Assembly (NCBI GenBank): GCA_951406725.2
Contig: OX597821.1
Span: forward strand, 98,704,001 to 98,768,000
Direction: 5' to 3'
DNA: 64,000 nt
Source of the DNA: Octopus vulgaris
Taxonomy: Eukaryota
In this document: piece by piece, positions 27,179-38,197 of the stretch
Numbering within the stretch: position 1 is the first letter of the stretch
How the letters are laid out: every line of letters begins with the position of its first letter
Translations under genes and position numbers: made by a program
Notes under the pieces: generated by a model
Seen by the model: only the letters and a program-made list of their open reading frames with translations
Database searches by the model: none
Told to the model about the DNA's origin: nothing

Positions 27179-27490
27179 TTGTGTTTGTCCCCCTAGCATT
27201 GCTTGACAACCGATGCTGGTGTGTTTACGTCCGCGTCACTTAGCGGTTCGGCAAAAGAGACCGATAGAAAAAGTACTGGGCTTACAAAGAATAAGTCCCG
27301 GGGTCGATTTGCTCGATTAAAGGTGGTGCTCCAGTATGGCTGCAGTCAAATGACTGAAACAAGTAAAAGAGTAAAAGAGAGTAAGAGTCATCATCATCAT
27401 CATCATCATCATTTAGCGTCTGTTTTCCATGCTAGCATGGGTTGGACGGTTCAACTGGGGTCTGGGGAGCCCGAAGGCTGCCCAGACCCC
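27058..27490 (+). mobile_element. 5'-truncated CORE SINE (+) abutting an RTE-tail repeat (-, 27388-27490)
   Basis: Identity to the 14018 and 2511 copies. Confidence 0.85.
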
Positions 27491-27714
27491 ATGCACATAT
27501 ATATTTTCCTTAAGGGCAAACCGGTAGCCAAGTCCACAAGACTGTTCACAAATGTTCACTTGTTTTAGCCTAGATTATCGTCCTCGTTCCCGCTTAGAAG
27601 AAGATCTTCTCTATATGTAGGGTTTTCCCTGAGAGAAGATTGGGCACGTCCACTCGGTAGGGTTGCTGATTCAAAAAGACAGATTTAGCGGGAACACTTT
27701 TAGTTTGCAGTTCT

Positions 27715-27815
27715 CTGCGGCATGCGCATGAGGGAACTTCCGGCAGCCTACCAGAAGTAATCCAACTCTGCGCATGCGTGCTGAAAACTTCCAAAAATAG
27801 CGTCACTACATACAG
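27715..27815. promoter_or_regulatory. Housekeeping-type promoter motif cluster, no gene assigned
   Basis: Two NRF1-like sites (GCATGCGCATG ~27720; TGCGCATGCG ~27769), ETS ACTTCCGG (~27736) and ACTACA (ZNF143-like half motif, ~27805) within 100 bp of CpG-retaining DNA. Confidence 0.5.
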
Positions 27816-28536
27816 TTAAGTCTATCCCTACATCCAAGTATTGTTATCCGTGAGGATTTGATAATTTATGTATGTATATATGCTTAACCTTCCCTTAATA
27901 AAATCGGTTGTTAAATGTTCACAGGTTTGCTGTTATAATATACCCAGCTAGCCATATCTTAAGGCTAGCTGGGTATATTAATACAGTGCATGAACATCAA
28001 TTTTGACAATGATACCAAACCGTGACAGACCATTAGAAATAGAAAAAAAAAAGCAGCAAGAAAGACAAAGAAGCCATCATCAAAAAGAAAATAGAGATAG
28101 AGCAAAGAAAATAAAATGATAGAGACGAAGTGGAAATCCGGAACTCCCAGTGGATATGCTAATGAGGAAACTCTTACATGAAGAGGTCATAGAGAAAACA
28201 ATACCAGGTGACTCAATTAGTATACACTGATGAGGACATTATTGTACGAATTTTTCAAGAACAAATGCAATGACACAATCTTGAAGAAATGTGCATGTAA
28301 GAAGGAAATGGATGTTTACTGGAGTAGCAGTGAGATCATCTTCCTGTCGCTCCTTATGCTTTCATGATAATACGGAAGTATCAAATGAACCTGAGAGTTA
28401 TTTTGAAGGTAATTTTCTGCAGACGGACAGGTATTAGTTATGTTCGATAAATATAATTTGTCCTGAACACCAAGTTTATCTATAGATAGAGGAGTGTAAA
28501 GTGGCTCGGCTGTACCAAATAGAAAGTTGCAACTTA

Positions 28537-28698
28537 GGCGCAGGAGTGGCTGTGTGGTAAGTAGCTTGCTTACCAACCACATGGTTCCGGGTTCAGTCCC
28601 ACTGCATGGCACCTTGGGCAAGTGTCTTCTACTATAGCCTTGGGCCGACCAAAGCCTTGTGAGTGGATTTGGTAGACGGAAACTGAAAGAAGCCCGTC

Positions 28699-28738
<40 letters not shown>

Positions 28739-28950
28739 ATGTTTGTGTGTCTGTGTTTGTCCTAGCATTGTTTGACAACCGATGCTGGTGTGTTTATGTC
28801 CCTGTTACTTTGCAGTTTGGCAAAAGAGACCGATAGAATAAGTACTGGGCTTACAAAAGAATAAGTCCCGGGGTCGAGTTGCTCGATTAAAGGTGGTGCT
28901 CCAGCATGGCCACAGTCAAAATGACTGAAACAAGGAAAAAGAAAAAAAAA
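28537..28950 (+). mobile_element. Full-length CORE-type SINE
   Basis: Near-identical to the 14018 copy. Confidence 0.9.
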
Positions 28951-29379
28951 AACGAAAAAAGAAAACGGAAAATTCAAGCTGCCTCAAATTATTGGAATTA
29001 CAGCATTATGAAATTTGACTGCACCAACTCTAAATTTCGTCAAAGCTTTCAGTTACAGCACAGCATTAAATTTCACTGCTAGGGGCGCAATGTAAGACCG
29101 AGCATTGGCCTTAAACAGAAGCCTGGCTTTAAACATAGAAGCCTGGTGTAATACACATAGAGTTGAAGATATTGTGTATTTCCATCAATCAGACCAAATC
29201 AACTTCTCACTAAACAGCGTTCATTGTTTAATTTTACATCTTTCATTCAAATATTCAAACTGGCCATTGAATTTACATTGCACATTTGAACGAACAGCCT
29301 CTAACACTTCTACTGCACCCGTTGTATGAGTATTGTGGCTACATTTTCAAATCGCATACAATTTCACTTAACAATTGTG

Positions 29380-30005
29380 ACACAGCATTTCAGTTTGATC
29401 ATTAGTTAATGTTCTACAAGAAATTATGATCCTCTGCTGCTTCTGAAATAGGAGAAAATAATAGGAAAACATTTAGTGGAGAAATAGTCAACTCAGAAAA
29501 GCATTGATTTCTGCAATGATGATGACAACCTGTACAATTATCCAATGCTGTTCCTAAATTACAGCTGTAACTTTGGTGGAAAACCCACCTCTATACATTG
29601 ACTTCCAAAAAGTATCCATGACTTTTGTAGGCTGTCCAAGACTGGTGAACACGATGCCGTTAATGTTGCATTTAAACTGTAGGAGGTCAAAACTTGAAGT
29701 AAAAACCAGAGCAGAGTTAAGATTCCAGAGAGCGAGTGAAGTTGTGTGTTGCAATGCTATAGTGAAATTTAATTAAAGCTAACAGGCTTTGCAATAAGAT
29801 CAAGAATACCACTAGCACATTATTGTAAAAGATTAATGTTTTGGAAACTTGCCAAGAACTAAACTGATATCTTCTGACACTACTCCGCCAGTCATCCATA
29901 CGCAATTACATCTTTAGCTCAACTAGTTTTTCGGAATGATTGTCAATAAATCTCAATGTTAGTCACTGAATACGCAACTGATCTATTTGTGCATGGACAC
30001 AGTTG
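29380..30005 (+). mobile_element. Helitron PIF1-helicase relic
   Basis: SIDFCNDDDNLYNYPMLFLN..PP..MPLML and LFVHG resemble the Helitron YPxEFLN..PPHxLxLK and VFxHGQLYVA motifs; heavily decayed. Confidence 0.5.
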
Positions 30006-30024
30006 TTGCAGCTATAGTAATAAT

Positions 30025-30895
30025 CTTTTCTATTCTAGGCACAAGGCCCGAAATTTTGGGGGATGGGGCCAGTCGATTAGATCGCCCCCAGTACGCAACT
30101 AGTACTTAATTTATCGACCTTGAAAGGATGAAAGGCAAAGTCGACCTCGGCGGAATTTGAGCTAAGAACGTAATAATAATGTTCGTCCTTCGGTTCGAAG
30201 ATGACCAACTGACATCATCTGATGGAACTGCCGCCATGAGACCTGAGGTGGCTGGTGAGGCCAATCCGGGCAAGGAAGCCCCTCCTACAGGTGGGGCAGA
30301 AGTGGGTAGGGGCCGTGCTACTGGTGCAGGCGGCTCTGGCTTTACGCATCTGACGTTTCTGCTCCGTTGACCGAATCCGTCCCTCCTCGGCTGTCCCTGC
30401 TCCCACGGTGATTGCGCTGCGCCAGGATGAGCGGTTGGCAGCAAGTGTCTCCCTAAGAACGTAAACACAGGTGAAATACCTATTTCTTTACTTCCCACAA
30501 CGGGCTAAACACAGAGGGGACAAACAAGGACAGACAAACGGATTAAGTCGATTATATCGACCCCAGTGCGTAACTGGTACTTATTTAATCGACCCTGAAA
30601 GGATGAAAGGTAAAGTTGACCTCGGCGGAATTTGAACTCAGAACGTAAAGACAGACGAAATACCTATTTCTTTATTACCCACAAGGGGCTAAACACAGAG
30701 GGGGCGAATAAGGACAGACGAACGGATTAAGTCGATTACATCGACCCCAGTGCGTAACTAGTACTTAATTTATCGACCCCGAAAGGATGAACGGCAAAGT
30801 CGACCTCGGCGGAATTTGAACTCAGAACGTAACGGCAGACGAAATACCGCTCAGCATTTGGCCCGGCGTGCTAACGTTTCTGCCAGCTCGCCGCC
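30025..30895 (-). mobile_element. Trimeric Nin-domain SINE with 19-bp TSD
   Basis: TSD ttgcagctatagtaataat at 30006-30024 and 30896-30914; tRNA-like head GGCGGCGAGCTGGCAGAAACGTTAGC; three units of roughly 180 bp. Confidence 0.9.
30174..30452 (-). mobile_element. RTE (BovB-like) LINE 3' end nested in the SINE
   Basis: 12-bp TSD ctaagaacgtaa (30162/30453); open frame ETLAANRSSWRSAI..HFCPTCRRGFLARIGLTSHLRSH with a C2H2 finger; (ATT)n tail. Confidence 0.9.
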
Positions 30896-31727
30896 TTGCA
30901 GCTATAGTAATAATGTCGAAAGAACGTCGCCAGCAGTGAGCATACCAAAGTTTTCCAGTGCGATAATGTCCATAGTGGTGTGGGTGTGTTAAAGTCACCA
31001 ACATTGTATACACTGAGGGCTTTCAATGTTTTAAGCTTTCGTCCTAACTTTCATTTTAGTCTCAATTCAGATACATTTATGTAGTTATTTCTTAGTTATA
31101 TGCCTTTACAAGTAAGTATTAGTTTCACAATTGCTGGCGATAAAAGCGAGAGCGTACACACAAGAAATAGAAAGATTATCAAAATATAGATTTGGAAATT
31201 GAAATAACCAGAATGTGGGTTTATGAAAATCAAACAAGTTGTTTAAGAAAATAATAAACATTAAATGCATATAAATATTTATGAAAATCCCAGAACTTAA
31301 AGAAAATATCATTACTAGCCACATTGCAGACGGACTTCGTTGAGGAGTTTCAAACTGCTCATATCCAAATCACGCAAGACTGTAGTTTCAAAGATATTTC
31401 AAATACAAACACTTTAAACGATTTATTTAACAAAAATTATGATAATAAACCCTGTTTATAAGTATATCATGCATTAATTGTATAGATTGTGTAATAATTA
31501 TTTGAATATGGGAAGTGTATAATAATATTTAATAATATCCGGCTGTGAAGGTAGAGTAATTATTAATAACGCACAAACTGTTATAAAAATTATACGAAAT
31601 AATTATCTAGTAAAATGGCTATTAATTTCCAGGTTTATATATACATACACACACGCGTGCATGTATATATATATATATATATTTTTTTTTCCAGGTTATA
31701 TACACACAGATATGCGCGCATGTATAT

Positions 31728-31768
<41 letters not shown>

Positions 31769-32188
31769 TATGGATGTGCGCCTGTGTATATGAATGTATG
31801 TATGTATGTATGTATGTATGTAGTTGATACATTATCCGATGACCGCCTCTTCAAGACGAAATTTAAAATGATGGAACAGTTGTCAGTTTACAACAATAAA
31901 TACATAGCTCTACTGCATGCCTTGAGCACACCACTTTATCGCTGCATGTATTACTACTTGCGAGAATAACCACACAAGCCAACGAGAGAGCCTCTATTGG
32001 TTAGTAGTCCGAGCTGCTAGAAACAGCTGTCAAAATTCCCTCAAAAGATGTCACACATATTAGACAAATATAGTTGTACATAGACATGAGATGATCATGG
32101 ATGGTATGCTCCATCAGTGTCGACACGGTGTTAAAAAATCACAACCAGTGCAAGCACGCTCGTTCGCGTGCACACACGCGCGCAAATT

Positions 32189-32219
<31 letters not shown>

Positions 32220-32659
32220 ATGTATGTATGTGTGTATGTATGTATGTATTTACTTACATATATATGCATATATGTGTGTGTGTGTGAATAAGAGTCCGAT
32301 TTATTTATTTATTTACAAGACAAGTTATTGACGTATCTTAGCGCTGCTACTTCAGACGGATATCAGCGTATATCATTAAATACCATCCGATATCTTCTAT
32401 CCGTAGACAAGGAATATTTTATGTGTATTCTCAGTAGATCTGGTGATTGCTACTAGAACCACATAAAGATATTTCATTACATAAAGTAAAAACGCAACAG
32501 TTATTCGTGATGGTATAAATAAATAGCATATTTTCTCAGGGTTATGGACGTGTATCAAACATTAAATGTGGAAGCCGTTAATTAGAATATCATCTCAAAT
32601 TTGATGCAAGGAGGAAAACAGCAACAACTACAGCATTATGCTTTACATAGAATAAATCC

Positions 32660-33130
32660 GTCATTGACTGTTGTCATGGTAACGTATCATCAGACGAGTT
32701 AATATATCGTGCTGAGAAGAGCAGGAGATTTAGAAAGTTTCTCTCTTTTTTCTCTAGTTACTGTAATGAGTCAGCTCTAGTGACGAAACAACTTGCGAGC
32801 GTTACAATGAGTTTATATATCCAACTGGTGAAGCAGTGGGAAAGAGAGAAAAATGGAGAAAGAGAGAGACGTTTAGAAGGGCGATAAAAAGATAGAGAGA
32901 AGGGAAAAATGAAAAAGATGTTTGGGATAGTCTTTCAGCTTCAACAAATTATGCAAATTTGTGGCTTATAAAAAAGTTAGATATCTCTGATTGGACAAAG
33001 CGATTCTGAAATTTGACAATGTTATGTAAGGTATAATTTCATTGGTCAATATAAGTAGACTATTTTCAATAGTAAATTGTATGTTCTACACGTGATCTAA
33101 TTGCCAGTGATCACTTGAGCGAAGCGAGAA
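32660..33130 (+). promoter_or_regulatory. Proximal promoter of the KLF6/7 gene
   Basis: Repeat-free DNA just upstream of exon 1. It contains RFX X-box-like GTTGTCATGGTAAC (32670), AP-1 TGAGTCA (32767), octamer ATGCAAAT (32951), two inverted CCAAT boxes (ATTGG at 32990 and 33041), D-box GTTATGTAA (33021) and E-box CACGTG (33089). Confidence 0.65.
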
Positions 33131-33354
33131 CAGGTCGAATCAGAACCGTGTCTGCACATAGTTGCTTCTACCTCATACTCTTCCCTCCCTTATGTCTATT
33201 TTTGACTCCAGATACCTGCTATCTAACATCACCTTTAGCACAAATTCTGTCCCTCACTCCCTCTCAAGTCCTGCGCTTTCACCTTCACCAAGTGTCATTT
33301 TGGCATTAATTTATAGCAGCCGCTTACATAGTTCAGATGCCCGAAGATATTGCC

Positions 33355-33456
33355 ATGGATATATTACCAAGTGGAAATATTTTCCGAGAACTTCAGGTTG
33401 TGCATGAGACGGGCTACTTTTCATCTCAGCCATCCCTAGAAGACCGTTGGCAACAG
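33355..33456 (+). CDS. KLF6/7: First coding exon of a KLF6/KLF7-family (luna-like) Kruppel-like transcription factor; an in-frame upstream ATG at 33337 could add MPEDIA
   Basis: Translates [34 protein letters not shown], matching the conserved KLF6/KLF7/luna N-terminus (human KLF6 [34 protein letters not shown]). Strong Kozak context gccATGg. The 34 codons end at a CAG|GTATGT donor (33457, phase 0). No downstream exon was recognised in the window. Confidence 0.95.
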
Positions 33457-33976
33457 GTATGTTTATTACTGTCACCACAAGTTTTATTGATACACGCACC
33501 AACAACACAGCGGTTCGACTTCTCTATCAACCATTTATGACGCTTTCTCGTAACATTTTCCACATTAGACAACAGTTGTCCGTGTCAGTCTCATCCTAAG
33601 ATATTTCACCGATCTTCACTCAATAAATTGCATTTGTCATCAATCTTGTCACCAATAACGATCTGTCTGTCTCTTTCCTTCTTCCCCCCATATCTCCTCA
33701 TCTCTATATCTATCTATGCGAAAAACCCTAGTCACATTCAGACTTAAATTTTTAAAATCTTTTTGGGATGTTTGTGTCCGTCCGTACGCACGTATGTGTG
33801 TGTGTGTGTGTATGTATGTGTGTTGTGTGCGTATGCGTGTGTATGTGTCTGAAGTGAGATCACACTATTACTGTTCAGATTCGCGTATGCGCAATCAGCA
33901 GCATACAATAAATATTTACACATTTTTGGATTGAGTAATTTTTATCTACTACTATCACTACCACCACCACCACCAT

Positions 33977-34014
<38 letters not shown>

Positions 34015-34568
34015 ATACTACTACACACGCGCGCGCGCGCAGGGAAAAAGACGAGAATTGTATGTGCGTGTATGACTGACAACGTTTTTAAAGAGAGACA
34101 TTGTCAATACTGACATATATTGGTGGTGATATGGTTTGGTGTACGTACTCACGCGCGCACACACACACACACACACACATACACAAGTGATGTTGTGTAT
34201 GTGTAGTGTGTATAAAAAATTACACATACACACACACATGTAATGCACCTGAGCGTAGTATGCAATGAACACATTATTGGGATGTTTTCGCTTTGACCGG
34301 CAGATTTTTAAAATAATTTCTTTGTAACTAAAACACTTTTAAACTTCGTATACTGGTAGAATGTGTTTATAAAACATCTTTTTCTCTTGGCTTTCTTGCG
34401 AAAATTCTGTAGTTTGTAAGCTATTTGTTAATTTCGGCAATTTCAACCAATCAATGACGACTATTGAGGTGAATACAATATCTCCGGATCTTTGTCAACA
34501 ATTATTTGCGGTGTCATATGAATTTGTCACTGTTATTACATACTATAGTATATACTATAGTAGAAAAG

Positions 34569-34615
<47 letters not shown>

Positions 34616-36545
34616 CATTATTATTATTATTATTGAAAACCCTTAAATTCCAAGGACCTAGATTCTAAATTGGTGGTTTTGGAGTAATGATCCTGAGAGA
34701 AGCAAGATGGCCTAACTTCTTCAGATGTCTGGAAACTTCCCAGCAGTTGTTTCAGTCTCTGTTACTTGTGAGGAATTAGAACTATATTTTAGACGCATGG
34801 CACGACTGTGCGGGGTTAGTGTGCATAGGAGAAATGGTTGAAGAAGCATTGAAAAATAGTTCAGAAGTTTTCAGTTGTGAGGTTGATACTGTCTGAATTT
34901 CCTTGATGTATCATCGTGGATATAGAAGAACCATAACATGTCATTGAAGTCTTACTTGGAGTAATTGTTGGACTAATGGGCAGAGATAGTAGGACATCCA
35001 TAATTCAAACTAGTCAGCTACACAGACTACAAATTTGTAATCTAGTCTGTCAACTGAGATAGGACCCATAGATCTTGTTGAAGATGAGTGTGCGGTTACT
35101 GGCACAAGTGGTAATAGAGACAATCATCAATAATTAGTGCCCTGGACAGAGTGATTAGATTAGAATTGATAGCTCAAAATTAGATCAGAATTGATAGCAA
35201 AGAACTAGCAAATGAGAGAAACCATGGTAGGGGAATTAGTTAGCAATTTAGAAGAGGCGATAAGTAAAGACATTGCAATCAATGTGCTAACGGTGAGAAT
35301 AACTCTTGGCCATTTCTTCAACACAAAACACAAAAGTTGCATTGCAAGAGCAAAGGCTTTTGCTGTGAAACATAAAGAAATAAAAGCTATCCAAGTAATG
35401 GAGGCATGATCTTTGACAGATCAGATGGACATATGCTGCTTGGTTCCAAGCAGATGTATGCAGTTTTCTAATAACATTTTGCTTGAGTGTTCAAGGAGGG
35501 TGATTGGTTGGAGACAGTGATAGTAGATCTTAGTGACAATCTTGAAGGCTTGCTATGGCCTTTGGCAGAACTAAAATATAGGAGGAGATGAGTGGTTGTA
35601 CAAGGCACAAATTCATGCCAGATTTGTTTAGTCACAAACTGTAAATATTAGCTGATATAAAATTCAATACATTGGGTAAAGTAGATAGATATGTTTCTTA
35701 CATCAGAATATGGTATCCTACTCTAAGTTTCTCTCTTTACTGACCACCCACAAATGAAATTAGTATCTAATGTGTAAGGACTGCATCAGGCTCCAATATG
35801 TATGTGTGTTTTATAAAGATAAAATTAAATAGAGAGATACAATTGACAATCCAATAAATTATTCATATTATAATATAATATACTATGATTGTAATATAAC
35901 ATAAGATAGCATAAACAATTATTAAAACATCAAAACGCCAACAATTTGTTTTGACTTATGTACATTTTTTAATTCCCTCATAAATAAGCCTTATCAGAGC
36001 CAGAGTTTAAAGATAGATGAATTATTTTCCTTAGTTTGTTAATATATATATATATATATATACTTTATTTAAAGACAGACAAATTATTTTCCTTAATTTA
36101 ATTTATATATATATATATATATATGATGTATGTGTGTGTGTGTGTGTATATACAGATACACATACACATATATGTATATGTGAATGTGTGTATATATATA
36201 TATATATGTATTGTCAACGTATCATATATCTGAAAAAGAAGTACACTCTAAAGCATAGAGCAGTAATGTATTTGTATGCAGTTAAGTCTATGTCTGGTCA
36301 TAGAGTGACGAATAGTTTTGCATCCATAAACGGCTTAGCCACATGGAAGGCTTGTCTTTGGCTTTTGAGTCTGACAAGCTGTCCATGGGGCTAGGTTCTC
36401 TATGAATGTGAAACCATTAGTCACTCTATGACCGGACATAGACCATTGGTCGCTCTATGCCCAGACATAGACTTTACTGCATATAAAAATATATATATAT
36501 ATATATTATATCAAAGTATCAAAATCAAAGTATTGATAAGTAGTA

Positions 36546-37615
36546 TTGATAACAGACAAGTCACAGACCCCCTCAGGGATGTGTAGAAAAGGTATTGGAA
36601 GAAACTCCATAAGGTGTACCCAGTGTAAGCTATGGATACATAAGAGATGCAGTAGTATCAGTGGAAGACTAACTAACAGAGAAAGTAGTCTTTTCATGTG
36701 GCAGATATGCAGGTACAATAAACACCGGGAATGTACAAAAAAATAGACTCCTTCAAATGTCAATGGGGGATCCTTAGAAGAAGTAGACAATTTCTGTTAA
36801 GTGGGGGAGGTTGTTGTGAAAGCATAGTTGCTAGAATAAGAATAGGCTGGTTGAAAGTCAGAGAGCTTCTACCTATGTTAGTAATGAAGAGTCTCTCCTT
36901 CAGAGTGACAGACAGGTTGTATGAGGCCCTGTGTACAAACAGCTGTGTTATATGGCCGTGAGACATGGGCTGTGACTACTGAGGATATGTGATGGCTTGA
37001 AACAAATGAAGCCAGTATGCTCTGCTGGATGGGTAATGTCAGTGTATATATATATATATATATATGACATTGTAAGTGATTTGAGAGAAAAATGAGGCAT
37101 CAGATGTAGCATGTAAGAGAGAAGATCATGCTGGCATGGCCACGTAATGTGCATGAATGAAGACAGTTGCATCAAGAGGTGTCAATCTCTAATTGTAGAA
37201 GGAACATGTGGAAATGTTAGACCCAGAAAGACATGGGACAAAGTGGTGAGAAAGGATCTATGAATGTTGGGATTCACAGAGGGGATGACAGGGGCCTGAG
37301 ACTCGTGACAGTTTGCTGTGCTTCAAAAGACACATCAAGCTTAGTAAAAGCGTGGTTATCCTTGCATACAAGATCGTCCCCTGCATCCATTTCCAGCTGA
37401 GCATTCCCAACCTTGCAAGTCTGTGAGTACTGGTGCCACATAAAAAGCACTCATACCAGTGCCATGTAAACTCACCTGTATCAGTGCTGCGTAAAAGCAT
37501 CCAGTAGACTCTGTAAAGTGGTTTGTGTTAGGAAGAGCATCAAGCCATAATAGACATGGAGCCTGAGCAGCTCTTCAGCTGGCCAGCATAGAAAGTGGAT
37601 GTTAAATGATGATGG
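36546..37615 (+). mobile_element. RTE-clade LINE 3' part (PHD-finger type) including 3' UTR
   Basis: CRKGIGRNSIRCTQCKLWIHKRCS and ESIVARIRIGWLKVRELLP; homologous to 45.0-46.7 kb; ends in (GAT)n. Confidence 0.85.
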
Positions 37616-37694
37616 TAATGTACATACATACATAAGCACACACACATATGTTTGTGTGTGTGTGTATGTATGCATATATGTATATATATATGTT

Positions 37695-37964
37695 GCCAGC
37701 CTCGTCTGGCCCCCATGTCGGTGGCACGTAAAAAGCACCATCTGACCGTGGCTGTTTGCCAGCCCCGTCTGGCACCTGTGCCGGTGGCACATAAAAAGCA
37801 CCCACTACACTCATGGAGTGGTTGGCGTTAGGAAGGGCATCCAGCCGTAGAAACATTGTCAGATCAGACTGGGCCTGGTGCAGCCTTCTGGCTTCTCAGA
37901 CCCCAGTTGAACCGTCCAACCCATGATAGCATAGAAAGCGGACGCTAAATGATGATGATGATGA

Positions 37965-37967
<3 letters not shown>
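37695..37967 (+). mobile_element. RTE-tail repeat
   Basis: Same family as 2511 and 62785. Confidence 0.85.
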
Positions 37968-38013
<46 letters not shown>

Positions 38014-38197
38014 TGCTGGCATATCTGTGTGGTAGGAAGCTTGCTTCATAATCACATACTTTCGGGTTTAGTCTCACTGCATGACAACTTGGGTAAGTGT
38101 CCTCCACTATAGCCTCAAGCTGATCAAAGCCTTGTGACTGGATTTGGTAGACATAAACTGAAAGAAGCCCATAGTATATATGTATGTATGTATATAT

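Noticed and set aside
27630-27665. AGAGAAGATT..GCA resemblance to U6/U6atac
   Set aside because: The match is about 10 nt, with no ACAGAGA box, internal stem-loop or poly-T end.
27586-27700. Telomerase RNA candidate (AACCCTA words on the minus strand)
   Set aside because: No CTAACCCTAA-type template and no convincing pseudoknot or H/ACA domain.
28225-28255. CTGATGA-GGACA..TGTAC-GAA hammerhead-like word
   Set aside because: Mismatched stem II, no GAAA, and no stems I or III.
30840-30895. tRNA genes at SINE heads
   Set aside because: No complete cloverleaf; each continues into SINE body sequence.
34700-35620. Possible coding sequence in KLF intron 1
   Set aside because: Only short broken frames; it looks like a decayed LINE but is too degenerate to classify.
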